From assembly GCA_964106645.2 (NCBI GenBank), contig OZ067039.1: DNA of 64,000 bases. One strand, 5' to 3'. Position 1 is the stretch's first letter. Every line of letters begins with the position of its first letter. The translations under genes and the position numbers were made by a program. This document shows, in pieces, positions 51,982 to 64,000 of this stretch. The notes below the pieces were generated by a model that searched no databases, had not been told where the DNA came from, and was given only the letters and a program-made list of their open reading frames with translations. This stretch comes from Podarcis pityusensis. Its lineage: Eukaryota.

Positions 51982-53242
51982 CTGCTGAATATAAGGTGCC
52001 TATCAAAGCATCCACCATCCACCCCGCCGTACTTTGGAAAGGCCGCCCTGCGTGACAGCCGCGAGGTAAAGTTAGTTGGCGCTTGGCGCCTCTGTTTTGG
52101 CTCAGGACACTGGTGGGGTGTAAAAAGAGAGAAAGGAGGGCAAGTGGCCACAGGGTTCTTGCAGCGAGCATGCTGTTCCCTAAGGTACTCTGTGATTATA
52201 CTGTCCAGTGTGGGAGGGGAAGGGAGGTGCCTGTCCAGCTGCTTTTTGATAGCTGGGCTCTGGCTGTAGGCGCCATGGTCTGATTTTTGCCGAAGCACTC
52301 TGATTTTCCTGCCGTTGCAGGGAGACGGCCTCTCTCGAACAAAGCTAATCCTGCCAATCACTGGAGAGCTGGTGGCCTGAGATGGCCCCGGGAGAGCAAG
52401 CGAGCCCTGGCAGGCAGTCTGCCTTGGCTGGGCATGGACAGAGGAAGCAGCAGGAACTACAGAAGGGTGGTTAGTCAACCGGGCAGAAATGCCATTCGCT
52501 ATACGAGGGGTACGAGGCAGAGGCACAGGAGAGGCGGCAGCAGGAACAGGGGTGAAGGCGGAGGAATGAGAAGCAGCCGTCATGGGTAGATCCGCCTCCT
52601 TGGTAAGAATGGTAGCAGTTTCTCCCAGCCCTTTAGAGATGAGATGGTTCCTGATCAAAAGCAGCAGCTCCTTCTCGGGAAACGAAATCCTCGACTGAGC
52701 CACGACGTCTGCTTTCTGAAGTCGAGCCAAGGAGACGTCTGTCCCAATCAGCAAGGGTTTCCCAGAGACCCGCTCAATCAGCTCAGCAGCATACTTGCAA
52801 AACTTCACGTGCTCGCTGCGCTTATCCTGGAGCACAGGCTCCTTCATCAGCTGCTGGATCTGGCAGCTGCTGAAGAGAGGCAACTTGCTGATGATCTGCC
52901 GGACCGTACTGCTCCGGGACAACCCCACCAAGGCTTTGCAGGCCAACGCTCGGATCTGGTCGGCATCTGTAATGGGCATTTTCACAGACAGCAGAGACAG
53001 CAGCACCTTGATGCCGTTGTTGGACTGCACTACGTTCCACATCTTGGCCAGGGTGTGCTCGCCGCTCCTGGGTGCCTGGGGGAGCATCCGGCGTGGGGTG
53101 CCAGAGATGAATTTGCCAATGCTGGAGATGCGGTTATCTGGGCCACACACACAGTTAATAATAATCTGAAGGGCTGACTTCTGGATTTCTGCATCGTGGA
53201 TAAAGAATTCTCCTTCAGCAAGCCCCAGGATGATGCTGATAC
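51982..53242 (-). CDS. DCAF1: DCAF1 large exon (ARM end, LisH, H-box)
   Basis: ISIILGLAEGEFFIHDAEIQK...EKELLLLIRNHLISKGLGETA...FDRHLIFS; 1261 nt. Confidence 0.97.
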
Positions 53243-53590
53243 CTAACAAAAAAGGAAGCATTTGCACACTGGATCAGTCGTCTGTCCAAATAGGGCACAT
53301 CAGTATATAAGAACCTACGAACAGCCCTGCTGGATGAGGCCTATGGCCTACCTGCTCCAGCACTCTGGTCTCAGAGTGGTCAACCAGATGTCCACAAGTA
53401 GCCCCAAAGCAGGACCTGAGCAACAGCACCCTCTTCATCCATGATTCCCAGCAAATGGCATTCAAAGGCATCTAGTGCCTCCTGCCTAGTATAGGAGGCA
53501 GCGTAAAGCTTACTGAAAATTTCAGCAACTAATGAAGAGATTTATAAAGTTAAGGATGGAAAGCGACTGAAAAGGTCAAGTTCTACATAC

Positions 53591-53715
53591 CCACAATGGA
53601 AATAGAAGTTCCTCCCTCATCCACCGTATCTACCGCCTCTGCTAACTGCAACTGGATTTTAGGAACCACAGTAAGGATGGCCAGAACATCCAGAGCGTAA
53701 CGCACTGTGTCATTC
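53591..53715 (-). CDS. DCAF1: DCAF1 exon
   Basis: NDTVRYALDVLAILTVVPKIQLQLAEAVDTVDEGGTSISIV. Confidence 0.95.
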
Positions 53716-53897
53716 CTAGAAAACGAAAGCAAGCGGTTGTGGAACCCTTTTAAGGCAAAGATCAGCTACACAAAATAACACAAATCCATTACACCAGCAG
53801 TCATTCCAGGCTAGAAGAGCGTGAATGTGGGCAGACACTCGCCTGGGGCAAATGACTATGCAAGCAAGCAGTGAGTTACCATGTTCAATTCTCTCAC

Positions 53898-54067
53898 CTA
53901 GCATAGTAGGTCTTCCAGTTGCATGCTATTGAAATAAGTTGGAGCATGAGCTGCACACAAGACAGCTTGAGGAAGACCTCTGCTGGATCCCAATAGAGCT
54001 GTCCCGGCCCATATTCTATTAGGAACTCCATCATCTCTACAATCTGTTCGTGCGTGTAGGAACAAGC
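53898..54067 (-). CDS. DCAF1: DCAF1 exon
   Basis: ACSYTHEQIVEMMEFLIEYGP...ACNWKTYYA(R). Confidence 0.95.
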
Positions 54068-54839
54068 CTGAAAGGAGAAGGTAGCATTCAAGAAGTCTTT
54101 TAGCATCATCAATTACTTATGAGACTTAAGAAAAAGTATGCTCCTTAAACCCAATAGTGGCCTTCGGAAAAGGGAGATCCAGAATTGTAGTGGCACTGCA
54201 AGTAAAGTCCTGCCCCGCTCACACCTTAAGGATCACACAGTTGGGACACAGAACAAAGCTTCATCTCCTGATCTCAATGCTCATGCAGGAGAAAGCAATC
54301 CTGAAGACAGGGCTTCAGGCTTAGTATCTATCAGTTTAAAATATTTGAGATTTACCATTCTGCTAAATAAATAAATGCACAAAGAATTCTGATCACAAAC
54401 ACTAAAGCCAAATGATCTAAAAATGTACTAAAATACAGCACAGCACATTAAAATCCAGGACTAAAAACTATGGATGCTGCTGGAAAGCTTGCCTAAACAA
54501 CAGATGGCAGAAAATCATAAAGGGGGAGGGGGAACAAAGGAACCACCCATGAAAGCGATTTCCACAAGAGGAATGGGGAGGGGCCCTCAAAAAAAATTAA
54601 GGGTAGAGTGACTGAGCAAGAACTAGCATAATGTGCTCCCTATATCCATTTAAAATCAGCTCCACTAAGAACCTGTCAGAAATCATTCCACAAAGCTACC
54701 AAAGCACTTGTGCACCAGAAAGGAGTGCAGTCAGTTTATCAGATTTGACTAACATGACTTTTTGACATTTTTTTGCAAGAATATCTAAAGGGTGACAGGA
54801 TCAAAAAGTTCCTATACCTCTACAAAACACACCACTCAC

Positions 54840-55049
54840 CTTATATGGAGGCTGCGGATGGACCAGGATGCCACCTTCAGTGCGCTGGAGTGACTGCTTC
54901 ACCTGTTCCACTTTGATGGCAAGATGAGCCTCAAAATACCTGCGCATGGCCATGCAAGTGTGTTTCCCAGTCTGGCGGCTGGCAAAAATCTCATCGTCGC
55001 TTAGTAGTGCACCTTGGGTTTGCAGGTTTAAGATATCAAGAGTGCTAAT
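54840..55049 (-). CDS. DCAF1: DCAF1 exon
   Basis: ISTLDILNLQTQGALLSDDEIFASRQTGKHTCMAMRRYFEAHL...QPPYK. Confidence 0.95.
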
Positions 55050-55529
55050 CTACAAGGAAAAAGAAACATATTTGCCATTATGTTATTTCCCACGCCTAAA
55101 GGCTTATTGTTTTATTTTTTCACTCAAATAAAAGAATTAGATCAGCCAAAGAAAACCTGTGCCAAGAAGCTGCATTAACTGCCAGAGCTTTCAATACATA
55201 TAGGCAACCTGACAAAGCAACTCTCATAAAATGAGCCAGTTTGTTCATTTGCAATTAAAGAATCACTGTTCGCTTAAAAAAAAAATATTATGTAACATAC
55301 CCAGAAAGATTGAATCAGGAAAATGGAGAAGCACAAGAGAAGGAGCGTTATTCCATTTTTACTGGCTTTGTCCTTTATATGCAGTGCAGTAAACCAAACT
55401 CTCTACTTTAATTGCTAAAGAAGAAACTAGTCAATAATCTGTTCCTCTTATCACCACAGACCATAGTTCTCTCTAAATAGGACTCCTAAGACAGCAGCAA
55501 AGATTACTCTTACCTTTACCACTACTATT

Positions 55530-55670
55530 AATTTTGTAATGAATGATTTTAGAGTGTTGTTTGTGCTGTACTTTTGTACTGTTTTATTGTTGTTAGCCGC
55601 CCTAAGCCCGGCTTCGGCTGGGGAGGGCGGGATATAAATAAAATTTATTATTATTATTATTATTATTAAT
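55530..55670 (+). mobile_element. L2-type LINE 3' end
   Basis: ttgttagccgccctaagcccggcttcggctggggagggcgggatataaat stem-loop plus (TTA)n tail. Confidence 0.65.
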
Positions 55671-56729
55671 TAACTGCCTGAGGATCTCGGAAATGTTACA
55701 TATATTAAGTTGTTTTTAATTACTATTTACATTTGTTAGTCACTTTATACCAAAAAGGTATGAAAGTGACTTAACAAAATAAAATCCAAACATATAAAAA
55801 CAATTAATAATCAGAAAAAGTTAAACCAATGTACAATACAAAGTATTGCATGCTCATCCAATGACAAGATTAGGAGGATAAGTTATAGCCAGTGAAGAGA
55901 AGCATGGTTAGAAAGGGGAAAGATAGATGTCCCAAAGCATGCTGGTGCTGGTAACAGTCACACTGTGGCCATGTTCACACATAATGCTAAAACATGGTTT
56001 AACGCTAGAGAGTGAGAGTTCACAAGTGTGACCAAAGCCTAAGACTCAGCACCCACCCTCTCTTCTGCCCACATGGCCAGGAAGAGAAGTTTCATTTCAC
56101 TTTCAAATAGCCGTGCTTTAAGGCTTTGTAGAAAAGAGGAATTCTGGTTTACAACAAGGGTTCTTAAGCAGATTTCTAAACAGGTTATGAAGCTGGCCTT
56201 GTGCAGTCTCCCTGCCATCTCCTCCATTCAATCTATTGCAGAGAAGCAGAATATTCTATAAACGATGAAAGAAAGGGAATACCTTATATACCAGCAGTGA
56301 GGAACTGCCAACCCGCAGGCCTATTTAGGTCCAGCAAGGTTCCTAAATGAGACTATTTTGCTCAAACCACATCCATCTGCCCAACATTTGACATCGTATG
56401 TGACGTCAGGTATGGGGCACGTAAAAACATGGCTGGGATTGGCTGCAAATGGAGGTTCACTGGGATGAAGTCATCTGATGGGCACTGAGAGGGAATCCCT
56501 CTGAAGTTGTCACCTGCTCCTACTGATGTCAGGTGATTGACAGCCCCTCCAACCTATCAGAGATGACTCACAGGGAGGTAAGACTTCTGGCCCACCGTCC
56601 GCATCCAGTTCCCCACCTCTGGCCTTGCAGGACCAGCTGAGGCGCAGAAGACTTGGCGGTGGCACCCCAACCCCACTTTAAGATGTTCTGAGAAAACACC
56701 TGAAAATATGAAACTGCTGTAACACTTAC

Positions 56730-56906
56730 CAAGTTAACAAGGCGCCGTAAGCCATCATGCCTATCGAAGAGCTCCAAGACCGCACGGAATGAAAAACAGA
56801 TAGAGAAGAACATGGTAGCATGGCAGCAGCCCGAGGCATGAGAGCATTCCATCAACCACAAGGTGTAGTTCACAACATCTGATAACACGTGGGGATGCAT
56901 GCAGAC
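56730..56906 (-). CDS. DCAF1: DCAF1 exon
   Basis: [34 protein letters not shown]...LRRLVNL. Confidence 0.95.
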
Positions 56907-57348
56907 CTAAGAACAAGAAGATGCAAGGACAATCCTCAATTACGTTCATGAAACAACATGTAATTCTGTTTTAACCCTCAGCAATGCCCCCCACAGTAAG
57001 CAACAGACTATCTGATAATTCAGTCACACTTGCAGTCTCAGCTGCAGCCACACTTAAAAAACTTTTTGCATTCTTGTTTAAGATGGTGGTTGGGATAAGC
57101 AACTAATAATTAATAGATCAGAGTTAAAACATAAAGCAGCTAATTAACAAAATCAATCCAGGCGTTTAATAAGAATGTGTGTGAAGTATGCTTAAAAGCT
57201 AAGAACGTAGGGGAAATGGTTGTGACAAAATGCAGAAGCACATGCAACACGTTTATGTTGCCAATTGGGAAGGATAGCAAAGGTCTTTGCAATCACTCTC
57301 AAATTCCTTTCAAAGTGCTAGATGTACCAAGCTCAAAAAAGTTTGGTA

Positions 57349-57569
57349 CAGTCGTACCTCGGTTTTCAAACATAATTTTGACTTCCGAAATGTTAGAAAA
57401 CCGAGGCACGGCTTCCGTTTGGCTGCAGGAGCTTCCTGCACTCAAGCGGAAGCCACACAGGATGTTTGGCTTCTGAAAACGTTCGAAAACTGGAACACTT
57501 ACTTCCAGGTTTTCGGTGTTCAGGAGCCAAAACATAGGAGTACCAAGGTGTTCAAGAACCAAGGTACTG
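57349..57569. mobile_element. Tc1/mariner (Tigger-like) MITE
   Basis: TA|CAGTCGTACCTCGGTT...AACCAAGGTACTG|TA. Confidence 0.72.
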
Positions 57570-58131
57570 TAATATTATATTTATGGGTTACGCTGTGTGG
57601 GTGACACCCAAAGGATCCACTGATTTGACCCATTGATTTCAATAGGTTTACTCTGAGCTCAGTGAGCGTGGGGCTTGCCTCCACTTTAGCTTCAGAACAA
57701 GAAACCTATGAAGTTGACTCCCGAACACTGAAGTTAACAGGGCTGGCATCAGAGCCTGTTGATCTGATCTCGCTTTCTGCACTCTTGCTGAATTGAGGTG
57801 GATTCTTGCAGTCAACTGATGACTGACAAACCAGTATCCCATTAAACAGCAGCCACATGAGCATGTTGAAAACAGCATATGAGGAAAAGCCAACATTTGA
57901 TGGAGGTGTCAAAAGATCAAGAAATAATTCCTGTCGGCATGTGAAAAGTGTGGTTGTGTGAATCCACCCAAAGAGGAACCTGCTAGGTAGTATTCAACAG
58001 TTGTTTTGTGCTGGCAAAAGCAAATTTGCTTGCAAAAGGGAGGGAACTCAATTTTTACTGTTTCCTCCTCCCAATGCAGCCCCACTGTATTTTAAATACC
58101 TACAATTTCTGTTAGCAGAATGGAATCTTAC

Positions 58132-58290
58132 CCTTTCCATGGCATCCTGATTGTAAGACAAATAATATAAGCACATGGAGACACCTGTAGCTGCCATGGA
58201 AGGACGAGGAATCTCCAGCAGCTTCTGCACTCCTCCATGAGCAACAAACTCTGTTGCAAACTTGTTGTGGAGCAGCAGCGATGCCAAATA
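58132..58290 (-). CDS. DCAF1: DCAF1 exon
   Basis: [38 protein letters not shown]...AMER. Confidence 0.95.
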
Positions 58291-59465
58291 CTGCGAACAG
58301 AAACCCAAAGTCAATATAGAAATCCACTAACAAACCCTTGGAGTTCTCTGATACCAGTGAAATGCTCTTCTCTGCAATTTGCACAGAGTGGTAAAGGAAA
58401 GAGGATATTGCCTTCTTGGACTTCTTCTTTGCCTGAGAGCAAAAAGATGGCCTTGGTATAACACCACCACCTTCTAACTCAATCGCCTATAAATAGCTTT
58501 ATCAACTCTGTAAAGCAGCCATCAGATATTTTCCTACAATTTAAGAAGACAAAAGTTTGTTTTGCATGTCTATGCATTTCAAAAGTAAAACACAAGGCAA
58601 TTCTGAGCAAGGAAAATGTCTCTTCTCTCTTGCAAAGGATTTAAAGTGTAAAATAGCACCAGTGTTCTGTAGTCTCATCTCAAGGCAGCAGCAGTAGCAG
58701 AACTTGGGAGAAAACCATTTTATGTCCCATTAAATTTAGTGGAACAACACAAGCAGCAGGAGACAACAACATAATATGAAGATCTGGGTGCAGCACCAAG
58801 GAATCAGCTGACTGATTCAAAGCAGCTGGATAGCAAATTTATCTGGGACTGCATCACTCAAATTTGAAGCCTTTCTTGGCCCACAAAAAGACTCTGGACT
58901 GGCTCGCTTCCAAGACCAAAGGGAGAATATTAACACTGCAATTTTATTTTGCCTTGAAGAAACACTTTGATGACAGAATGTGAAAGGCTGAGGATATGAA
59001 GCGCTGAGAAGTTAAGAAATGCATTCAAGTAAGCACAGCAGCATCAGGATTAGAATCAAAGCTAAATCTGAATTCTAGGTTTTTTATTTTTTTAAAAAAA
59101 TCTATATAAATGTAGCCTTAAACACAGTGATTTTAATGAATATTCACATTGTTGTGAACTGACTTGAAATTTTGAATAAAAGGCAGTATAGACGTGTTTT
59201 AAATAAATAAAATAAATAGACCAAAGCAGTCAGAGGAAATATACTTAATAAAACAGATAATCATTGACCCCGTTAAGAAAAGAGCAGATGAAGGTTGCCG
59301 CAATCAAACTTAAGAGCAAAAACACAAGAACTCAGAATGCAACTTTGGCACTACTTAACTAGATATCAGGTCCAAAATTATTTATTTCAATAACTGACAT
59401 GGAAAAAAATAATTGTCACAGAATCACCACTTGTTAACAAGCAATTTGCTCTGCTGTCATTTTAC

Positions 59466-59567
59466 CTTCAGGGCTTCAAAGGTGAGCAGTACATCATTGG
59501 TCCGTTTCAAATCAATATAGAACATCATTAGGTCTCTTGATCCAAGTTGCATAAAGATGGGAAGCAG
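59466..59567 (-). CDS. DCAF1: DCAF1 exon
   Basis: LLPIFMQLGSRDLMMFYIDLKRTNDVLLTFEALK. Confidence 0.95.
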
Positions 59568-60074
59568 CTGAGAAAAGTAAAAGATTAGTTCACTGTTGAA
59601 AAAATTGTGTGGGGAGCACTTTCGACAGTATCATTTCCCTTCCCCTTAAGTTTAAAGGCAAGCGAATAATGACAACAATCAAGCTCCATCTCTGTCAAGT
59701 GACCAACACTACCTTGTATTTCTTACGGCTTAGCTAACAAGTTCCTTCTCAACAATTTTAGATGAAGGTGGTTGTCCAAGAAAGGGAGACAAGAGCCGCC
59801 TCCTGTCAAAATGTGCATTGCACCACTGAAGGAAAGGCAGTAAAGAAATCTAATAAATGCATCTTTTCAGCACTTCTTTTAAATAGTTAACTCTCATTCA
59901 TATGTTCGAATTATTAAATTGCAGGGGTGGGGAACCTTTTTCAGTCTAAGAGCCCCATTCCCTCATGGACTACCTTCCAGGGACCATATACCCCTGGGTA
60001 GAGCAATGAATGCAGCTCTGACCTTTGGACAGGGGGCTACACTCCAGCCATGCCAAAGGAAGATGCTTCTACAC

Positions 60075-60470
60075 CAGGGGTCGGCAACCTAAGCCCCATG
60101 GGCCGGTAGCGGTCCATGAGGTTTGTCTAACTGGCCCATGGCGATCTCTGCCACCACCACCCCACCTGCTCTTACCGGCGCAGCGACTGACCTCTGGGTT
60201 GATGGCACCTGTGCACATGCGCACGGGCGCTCCTCCAACCCGGATGTGCGCCAGAAATAGAATGTGCACACACGTGGAGGACAGAGAAGCGCCCCTGTGC
60301 ATGCACACACACTATTTCCAGTGTACTTCCGGGTCAGAGGAGCGCCGGAAATAGTGTGTGCGCACGCGCACAGGTGCTCCTCAGACCCGGAAGTGCGCAC
60401 ATGCTCCTACCCATCCTCTGATGGACGGAACGTCAACCGGCCCATCCTCGGATAAGGCTGCCAACCTCTG
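60075..60470. mobile_element. hAT MITE nested in an older hAT element (~59922-60672)
   Basis: TIR CAGGGGTCGGCAACCT / AGGCTGCCAACCTCTG, perfect 8-bp TSD TTCTACAC. Confidence 0.87.
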
Positions 60471-60787
60471 TTCTACACACACACATTCTCCCTATCCAGC
60501 AGAGTTCAAGGACACATTCCACCCAGGCAACAGCACTTAAGGACAATACAGAGCAGACCTATCAAAGGGTGTTGCCTGCGGGAGAAGCATGGCCTGGAAA
60601 AGTCTCAAGGACCAGACAGAGAAGCCTGGAGGATCACATTCAGTCCCTGGGGCCAGAGGTTTCCCACCACTGTCTACAGAGGAACATCTCCTTCTCTCAA
60701 CTCAAAGAGTCACCAAAAAAATCCTGAGAAAACAATTCCAAGATCTCATTTATCTCATTTACATGCTCTTTTTGTGATGCTCTGGAC

Positions 60788-61038
60788 CAGGGGTAGGCAA
60801 CCTAAGGCCTGTGGGCTGGATGCGGCCCAATCGCCTTCTCAATCCGGCCCACAGATGGTCCGGGAATCAGCGTGTTTTTACATGAGTAGAATGTGTGCTT
60901 TTATTTAAAATGCATCTCTGGGTTATTTGTGGGGCATAGGAATTTGTTCATTATTTTTTTTCAAAATATAGTCCAGCCCATCACATGGTCTGAGGGACGG
61001 TGGACCAGCCCACGGCTGAAAAGGTTTGCTGACCCCTG
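60788..61038. mobile_element. hAT MITE
   Basis: TIR CAGGGGTAGGCAACCT / AGGTTTGCTGACCCCTG, perfect 8-bp TSD CTCTGGAC; followed by an L2-like 3' fragment ~61047-61392. Confidence 0.88.
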
Positions 61039-61485
61039 CTCTGGACACATCTTCATGCCCGTCATCTGAGGCCCTTCTTCATTTTCCTCCCTCACAAGGT
61101 CTGGATGGTGGCAACCTTTTCTGTGGCGGCTTCCCATCTACGGCATTTTCTCCCCAGGAAGGTTCGGCTGCTACCTTCATTACATATCTTTAGGTGCCAG
61201 GTGAAATCATTTCTCTATAACCAGGCCTTTGACTGATTAAACATTCTATGGCCTTTTAAATGTATTTGTGGGAGGGGGTGATTGGTCTGTTTTTGGTTTT
61301 TCGTATTCTCATTTTGAATTTTTGAATTCTGAACTGCCCTGTGATCTTCAGCTGAAGGACGGTATACAAATTTTAATCATCATCATCATCATTCCAAACC
61401 CCCCCCCCCCATTAACACAATTTAATTGGGTCATAAAAGGAGGCCATCCAGACATTGCTTGTTTCCTTGCCTTTTGTATACCTAC

Positions 61486-61959
61486 CTCTTGATACTCCCC
61501 TAGGGGAGTCAAATACTGCAGAATTAACCTTTGCTCTATAGCGGAGGTCAAAGGGTATAACGTATAGTTTGTGCCAATCACCCAAGGAGACATCTCTGAC
61601 CAGCTGCTGTTAGACAGTTCAACAAACATCCTTTCTGGCTCTGAAGGGAAGCCAAGTTTTTGTTTTGCTTTCCGGAAATTCTCTCTTTCATGTTGCTTCC
61701 CTGATTTTTTTGTGGCAGAGTTCACCCGACTACTAGTCTTGTGATTTGAGTCAAGGTTAAATGAGATTTCCATATCCCCTGTAACTTCCTCCTGTTCGCC
61801 ATCCACAGCCATCTCCCCATAATCCATGTCCACAGCTTCTTCATCCAGAGGCAGCAGAGAGTCTGAGGGTACTTTTCGAGGACTGGGCCGCTTGTTTTCG
61901 TGTTTCGTGTTCACTTCATTCACTTGCAGCTCTCTCAAGCGCTGAAGCACAAACGCCAC
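61486..61959 (-). CDS. DCAF1: DCAF1 exon
   Basis: VAFVLQRLRELQ...SWSEMSPWVIGTNYTLYPL...LGEYQE. Confidence 0.96.
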
Positions 61960-62978
61960 CTGTTGCAAAAAGAAAAGGATGCAGCACTTTCACATAAGCA
62001 AATTCAAGTCAAGTAGCCCACAGGAGACCAGGGAAGGAGAAATACAAGGCGTTTTTACCCTGGCTTCTGACTGAGAAGCAGCCCATGTGTCCTTCTCCCA
62101 CAAAAAAAAACCCAAAAGAAAAACATAGGACCAAAGGCACGGAGGGTTTTGGTTTTTTAAAAAATAGTTTCTGTGTTTAAAGCAATTTCCATGCAAAGAC
62201 AGTTCATTTTCATTTTCTGCCTACTGTAGGAGTGCAGGGGGAAATGGACATGGGAAGAAAGGCCTGGTGATCTTTGGTGATTACAAGCAAATACATCTAT
62301 GACCAATGATCTGCACAGCTAACATGTGAAATCAGTATTTCAATTTGTTTTGTTAGTTTTAAAAATTATATCCCGCTTTTCACTGTGTAGGTCTCAAAGA
62401 GACTTACAACAATAAAACATATATTCTAAAGGCAACTCCCCATTTGTTCCTGTCTGTTTGTGACATCCCTTTTAGCTCGCTGTTCTACAGATTGTACTGA
62501 AGTGTTTCCTCTGCTCTGGTTTTTATGTTTTTTATTATTATTTTGTATAGGTGTTTGATTTTTGTGCTATTGCTGCAAAGTGCCTTAGGCAACATTTGGT
62601 GGACAGACAGTATACAAACTTAACCAAACTTTTACAATAAATCACTCCATTTGCTCCAGGTTTTGAAATGAACACACCACACCAAGCACATTTCCAGCTA
62701 CAGGGCAGATAAGCATGAGATATGCTACCAAGAGCAGAAACATTAAGAATCAATACTCCGATATGAATCTATTTCCTCCATTTGCAAAGGACAAGTACAG
62801 TATGGCAATTTCCTATAAAGCAGAACCATGCAAATTCCCCTCCAGTTTTCCATCATTCACTGCAACTTCTGAAATCACATCTGTGAGGAATGAGCCCCCC
62901 CAAAGTCTTAGGATTCAATTATGCTTTGCAAGTGCTTGCTTTTAACAATGGGTGTGGCGGATTTGCCATGAGTATTAC

Positions 62979-63116
62979 CAATTGAGAATTCTCATCTCTG
63001 TAGTTAGCAGCAATGTCTTGGTTCTCCATGGCCCCTCCCAGCAATCCAGTTGCAAATGTCCTCAGAGGTTGATCAGCCTCTCGTGCCCACTTGAAGAGAT
63101 TCTCAACTATGCCTTC
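62979..63116 (-). CDS. DCAF1: DCAF1 exon (most 5' in window)
   Basis: EGIVENLFKWAREADQPLRTFATGLLGGAMENQDIAANYRDENSQL; the 19 exons sum to 4107 nt in one open frame. Confidence 0.95.
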
Positions 63117-64000
63117 CTAGAGTTAGTGGGGATGGGGAGAAGGACAGATATTAGCAGATAAATTCTCCTCTCCACAGCCATATACAAAGGGGAAAAAATT
63201 AAATTTATAAAGAATTGGGGAATATCTGAAGTCCTCCTACATTTTCCAAAGTGTAAGCCAGCATTTTCCAACTAGAACACCTAATGTGGATTATTTTCCA
63301 CAGTAATCCCGAAGCACTTCTGTTGACTTCACAAGGATCACACTGTAATTATATGAGTGTACAGTAGAATACACTATTATTATACACTTACAAAAGCTAA
63401 GGTCCACTAAGCAATGGAACTGTGTACATATGTATAATCAAGGTCTGAAGTAGTGCTAATATGCATATACTAGCAGCCTTTTGTTATTCTTGCTGTGGGA
63501 TGACTTACTGGTGAGGGACAAGTCACTTTTTCAACTGAACAGCCATTTGCTCCTTCATGAAGCACAAACTGCTGCAGCAAATGCAGCAAAGAAAGTTTTT
63601 TCTCTAACCACATATCACTTCTTTGGATCCTGGTCACATAAGCTCGGGAATTTCATGCAAGTATCATCCACTTCCCGCTACCCACTACATATTGCAGTTG
63701 GGGATTGTATGTATTTGGAAGTTTGAGACTGTTTCTCCTGGGAGACCTGCAAACAGCCCAGAAGACAACTGTAAGCCTCAACTCATGATCAAGTTTTCAG
63801 AGTTGCATCCTTATGGTAAAAGACTCACAGAATATGGAAAACCTGTTTTTTTGAGAGAGAGAGACAGAGAGAGACAGAGAGACTGAAAGTACAATTTGAA
63901 ATTCACATCAGTATCGACAAGAAGGCTATTAAAAACTTTTTTAGGCTGGTAACTTTCGTGAAATTTATACGCTGTGTTTTGTGAACTAATTTACACAGCT

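Noticed and set aside
63117-63140. CTAAC close to the acceptor, possible second U12 intron
   Set aside because: Poor match to TTCCTTAAC, too near the AG, and the donor is outside the window.

Overview
Vertebrate genomic DNA from a squamate reptile, probably a lacertid lizard (Sauria SINEs, CR1, Penelope-like elements, hAT and Tc1/mariner MITEs). It carries the conserved block DOCK3 (last coding exon, +), MANF (4 exons, 180 aa, +), RBM15B (single-exon CDS, 922 aa, +) and DCAF1/VPRBP (-; 19 coding exons, 1368 aa in window, 5' end outside). The main unexplained structure is a chain of about 14 phase-compatible exon-like units on the minus strand inside the 9.2-kb DCAF1 intron (34163-42366). They form a decayed nested gene whose product tentatively resembles the N-terminal half of DNAAF9/C20orf194. 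Also found: a U12-type intron in DCAF1, Penelope-derived minimal hammerhead ribozyme motifs (one with an intact core, sense to DCAF1 pre-mRNA), an in-frame uORF ahead of RBM15B and ERSE-type elements in the MANF promoter. Comparisons with human proteins and repeat consensi are from memory, not database searches.
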